Below, piece after piece: positions 60,477 through 64,000 of a stretch of DNA of 64,000 nucleotides (its first letter is position 1; every line of letters begins with the position of its first letter). The position numbers were made by a program, and so were the translations under genes. Below the pieces are notes generated by a model. The model saw only the letters and a list, made by a program, of their open reading frames with translations, was not told where the DNA came from and did not search any database. Source of the stretch: Candidatus Helarchaeota archaeon (GTDB lineage: Archaea; Asgardarchaeota; Lokiarchaeia; Helarchaeales; RDOG01); contig JAHPZH010000002.1 in assembly GCA_019058315.1 (NCBI GenBank), positions 877,910-941,909 of the forward strand, given 5' to 3'.

Positions 60477-62519
60477 ATGGGATTTAAAAAAATTGATAAA
60501 AAAGAATTAGAAACGGGCACTGGTCCATGTTTTATTGGAATGCCCTTAGTAAAATTAGATAAATCAGAGTTAGAGAAATTAAAAGATGCTAAAATAGTAC
60601 AAGATTCCTTTTTAATGGAAAAATTTTCTGAAATATTGATTGAGTGTGATGAATTTTTAGAATTTCAATACTTAAATAATGGAAAAAGAAAGTCACAACA
60701 AGCAAATGGAAATATTTCGATAATTAATAAATCTAAAAGGGATCGAATATGGGACACACAACTAGAAATAGAAGGTTCTCATATTGATATTTTAGAAGCG
60801 AATGAAGGGAATAGCATTGATTTTGGGATTTTAGAACCGAATTCAACCAAAAATAAAAATTATAACATCGAAACAAAAGATAATATATTTGAAATGCTTC
60901 ATGTAAAAGAAAATATTGATGTAATTAGTATTCAAACTGAAATTTTGGAAAATATAACAGATAAATCTGATCAAAATTTATCAGAGGAGAAGAAAGAGCG
61001 GAAGAATTTACTCATTTCAGGAAAAGAAAATAAAATTAAGTATAATCTCACTTTGAGAAATGTCTCCACTAAATCAATTAACAATCTAAATGTTAAAAAA
61101 AGCTTTTCAAAGGATTTCAAAAATTTCACCATAGAAGGCGAATCTAGTGAAAATGCAAGAATAATTGGGAATTATTTAGAGTGGACACTAGATGAACTAG
61201 CCCCTAATGAAGAAAGAATGATATCAATTATTACAACAATAGTACCAAGACGTGATGAAATTATTCGTTCTGGAAATATTGAAATTACTGGGAAAATCGG
61301 AGATTTTTTAGTTTCAGGAGTAAATATTGAAAATTTTACAGCATATTCACATGCTATGCATGCGATACAGAAGTTTGAAGATGAACATATACCCAACAAA
61401 TGGAATTGTTCACTTATTTTTGAAAATCATAGTGATTTTAAAATAAATTTAGTTTCTATTTTGGTATTTGATAAATCTAAATCTAAGAAATTTATTGAAT
61501 TTGATTATAACTCATCAAATGAAAAAAATATCCTTCGACCTGGAGAAAAATTTGTTTCTGAATATTGGTACTTGGAGGATGAACATGAGCCAAAATTTTC
61601 AAGAAAAATAGAATATTCGGTAGATTATAAGGTAATAAAGACATCAAATATAAAAATTAAAATTGAAGATGTTGCCTTTGATATAGTCGATCTTCAAATT
61701 GAAAAGAAATTTTCAGAAGACGAGATTGGTTCATTTAAAAAGTCAGAAATTACCAATAATATTACTATTGAAAATAAGAGTACAATTCCTGTAAGGGGAT
61801 TAATAATTAGGGAAATAATTCCAGAAGATTTTCTTCCCAACACTGATATTTCTAATTACACCTTTAATTTATCATCTGGAAAAATAAGTCAGAATGATAT
61901 TGTCCTTAATATTACACCTAATGATGATGATTCAACTAAGATTCATGTTCTAGAATTGAAAATAAATTTGAAACGGATACAAGAAAAAAAGCTTGTAGCA
62001 ATAAAAGAATCTTTGGAAATACACCATCCAATCTTAGCAGTAACACCAAATCATGATAAAAACTATCAATTTCCGCTTGAAATCATTTCGTATTTTTTTA
62101 AATATGACAATAAAAACGAAATTAAAATGAATGAATATTATAAAATTGAGAATAATTTAACAGAAGATAAATCGCTTTCCGTAAAATTAACTTATAAACC
62201 ACGAAAATTGATTACAAAAAAGGAAATTTTTCCAGGAGTTCATGACAATGAATTTGCAATTGAGATTACTGTTATAAATCAATCAAATGTAGAGATAAAA
62301 AATACTATTATTTCTGATATGTTCCCAGAATCCTTTGAGTTGTTATCCTCAAATTTAAAATATGAACTCACTAAACCTGATAAAGAGGGAAATCAGATAA
62401 TAAAATTTACGATTGAGAACGTTTTGCCTTATCAAGAAAAAGAAATTGTGTATTATCTCAAGAATAAAAGTGGAAAGCAAGTTAAATTCTCAAAATTAGA
62501 ATCATATTTTTTTGGATAA
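60477..62519 (+). CDS. Beta-sandwich (DUF11-like) repeat protein; N-terminus possibly mu-homology-like
   Basis: Repeated motifs such as ITIENKS...IREIIPEDF and ITVINQS...ISDMFPESF. Located in the che operon. Confidence 0.5.
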   Translation: MGFKKIDKKELETGTGPCFIGMPLVKLDKSELEKLKDAKIVQDSFLMEKFSEILIECDEFLEFQYLNNGKRKSQQANGNISIINKSKRDRIWDTQLEIEGSHIDILEANEGNSIDFGILEPNSTKNKNYNIETKDNIFEMLHVKENIDVISIQTEILENITDKSDQNLSEEKKERKNLLISGKENKIKYNLTLRNVSTKSINNLNVKKSFSKDFKNFTIEGESSENARIIGNYLEWTLDELAPNEERMISIITTIVPRRDEIIRSGNIEITGKIGDFLVSGVNIENFTAYSHAMHAIQKFEDEHIPNKWNCSLIFENHSDFKINLVSILVFDKSKSKKFIEFDYNSSNEKNILRPGEKFVSEYWYLEDEHEPKFSRKIEYSVDYKVIKTSNIKIKIEDVAFDIVDLQIEKKFSEDEIGSFKKSEITNNITIENKSTIPVRGLIIREIIPEDFLPNTDISNYTFNLSSGKISQNDIVLNITPNDDDSTKIHVLELKINLKRIQEKKLVAIKESLEIHHPILAVTPNHDKNYQFPLEIISYFFKYDNKNEIKMNEYYKIENNLTEDKSLSVKLTYKPRKLITKKEIFPGVHDNEFAIEITVINQSNVEIKNTIISDMFPESFELLSSNLKYELTKPDKEGNQIIKFTIENVLPYQEKEIVYYLKNKSGKQVKFSKLESYFFG

Positions 62520-62540
62520 ATATAGAATGGATGAGATCAT

Positions 62541-63401
62541 ATGAATTTTCGATATTATGAAACTCTACCAGATAAATCAAAGGATTATATATTACCTTTA
62601 ATTGAACAAATCGTTCCAAAATTATCAAATAATGAAATTAATATTTTTTTTGAAGACTCCAAAAAAAATTCGTCAACTAAAACAACTAAAACAAAGTCAA
62701 AGACAACAAATGGATTCGTATCTCTTGAAATGAATTCAAATGACGATGCAGACTTGACTAAATTAAGTAGTAATCAATTGAAAAAAATTTATCAAATTTT
62801 TATCAGTAGAGAAGATAATAATAAATTGGCTATTAAATGGCGATTTTATAATTTCCTTAAATATAATCGAGACTTTGATATAAAAAATATTCAACTATAT
62901 AGAGAAAATACTTTAGAACAAGTAATTGATTTTATAATAGAAACAGATGAGGATGAAAAAATAATAGTTTGTTGTTTTGATATATTAGATCTTAAAACAT
63001 ATACTATGGCAAGTTCAAGTTTGGTAGATTTTCTTCAAAAGCTAAAATTTATTCCCAATAGAGTTATTTTCGCTGCAAATAAATCTTATCGAAATATTCC
63101 TATCAATAATCCTATCGATATTGATAAAAATAACATTATACCAGAATTATGGATAGAATTTATTGAAGTTGATTGCCCTTTTAGGGGAGAAGATTTAATA
63201 ATCGTAGAAAATTCTGATTTAAAAATTGCAGGTTTTAATTTTACCAGTATTAAGGATTTACTCGATTATGTATTCAAATTTTCAAAGAAAGGACAGATTT
63301 CAATCTTTAAAGAAATAGATTACCTTTTGAAAGATAATAATGACACAAATTATCAACCAGAAATCGAATTGATTTGGAAAGGAATCATGGTAAAAAAATA
63401 G
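62541..63401 (+). CDS. Hypothetical protein in the che operon
   Basis: 286-aa ORF, co-oriented and tightly spaced with the che genes. Confidence 0.55.
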   Translation: MNFRYYETLPDKSKDYILPLIEQIVPKLSNNEINIFFEDSKKNSSTKTTKTKSKTTNGFVSLEMNSNDDADLTKLSSNQLKKIYQIFISREDNNKLAIKWRFYNFLKYNRDFDIKNIQLYRENTLEQVIDFIIETDEDEKIIVCCFDILDLKTYTMASSSLVDFLQKLKFIPNRVIFAANKSYRNIPINNPIDIDKNNIIPELWIEFIEVDCPFRGEDLIIVENSDLKIAGFNFTSIKDLLDYVFKFSKKGQISIFKEIDYLLKDNNDTNYQPEIELIWKGIMVKK

Positions 63402-63413
63402 AAAGGGAAAAAT

Positions 63414-63968
63414 ATGATAGAAGCAAAAAAAATTGAAAATTTTAGTGCAATAGAATTAATTATTGAAGGTGAAAGAGTTCTAATCGAAACTAAATATATT
63501 AAAGAAATCTTAATTCCCGAAGAGGAAATAATTCCAGTTCCCTTTTCGAGAAAATCAATTATTGGAATAATTGATGTCAGAGGAGAGCTATATACTATTA
63601 TTTCATTAAGTAAAATTTTATTTAAGGCCACAAAGCAGGACTTAATTGAAAATAAACCTATACTTTTAGTCGACCTTGATGGTTTAAAATTAGGTTTATT
63701 AGTAGATTCTGTATTTGATGTTCATAATTATTCTAAATCGATTTTTGAAAAAAAGGACCTGATTCACAAAACAGAAATAGATCCAAAATTTATAAAAGAA
63801 ATGGGTTTTTCAAATGGTGATTCTTTAATCTTATTAGAGTTAAACTCGATAGTTCAAACCTTCTTTTTAGCATTAGAAGAAAAATCTACGGCTTCGATTC
63901 AATCCGATATAATATTAAAGCCATCAAATGATAAACCTCCAAAAAAAGATACTACCCAAAAAAAATAA
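63414..63968 (+). CDS. cheW: Second CheW
   Basis: PVPFSRKSIIGIIDVRGE...LGLLVDSVFDV. Confidence 0.88.
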   Translation: MIEAKKIENFSAIELIIEGERVLIETKYIKEILIPEEEIIPVPFSRKSIIGIIDVRGELYTIISLSKILFKATKQDLIENKPILLVDLDGLKLGLLVDSVFDVHNYSKSIFEKKDLIHKTEIDPKFIKEMGFSNGDSLILLELNSIVQTFFLALEEKSTASIQSDIILKPSNDKPPKKDTTQKK

Positions 63969-64000
63969 AATGGAGTAATACTTTGCTTTCGATTGAAAAA

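Overview
AT-rich, archaeal-style window. TATA-type promoters, GGAGG/GGTGA ribosome-binding sites, an archaeal-type EngB and C-terminal zinc-ribbon membrane proteins suggest an Asgard (Loki/Hel-like) archaeon; this is inference. Positions ~2.4-48.9 kb form a dense defence island. It carries an SbcCD/YhaON-like pair, HNH and PD-(D/E)xK nucleases, an Eco57I/BpmI-like type IIG R-M system, an Nmad2-like gene, a PIN gene next to a 2091-aa NACHT NTPase, a deaminase-STAND-TPR protein, an MTase with a PLD nuclease, MNT and HEPN genes, a Mokosh-like kinase-helicase/PLD pair and an ABC ATPase-nitrilase fusion. After ~49 kb come ordinary genes (engB, WD40, aldo/keto reductase, methyltransferases) and a che cluster. 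The main non-coding signal is a family of 28-bp, 11-6-11 dif/Xer-like sites at gene junctions in the island. One has a perfect XerD arm (TTATGTTAAAT) and most share a GGGAAG spacer. They include a 23-bp direct-repeat pair and a 44-bp inverted-repeat pair, suggesting a recombinase-shuffled defence-cassette array. A 14-bp palindrome plus TATA box is shared by the PIN and NACHT genes. No rRNA, tRNA, CRISPR array, integrase or transposase was recognised. All calls are by eye, without database searches.
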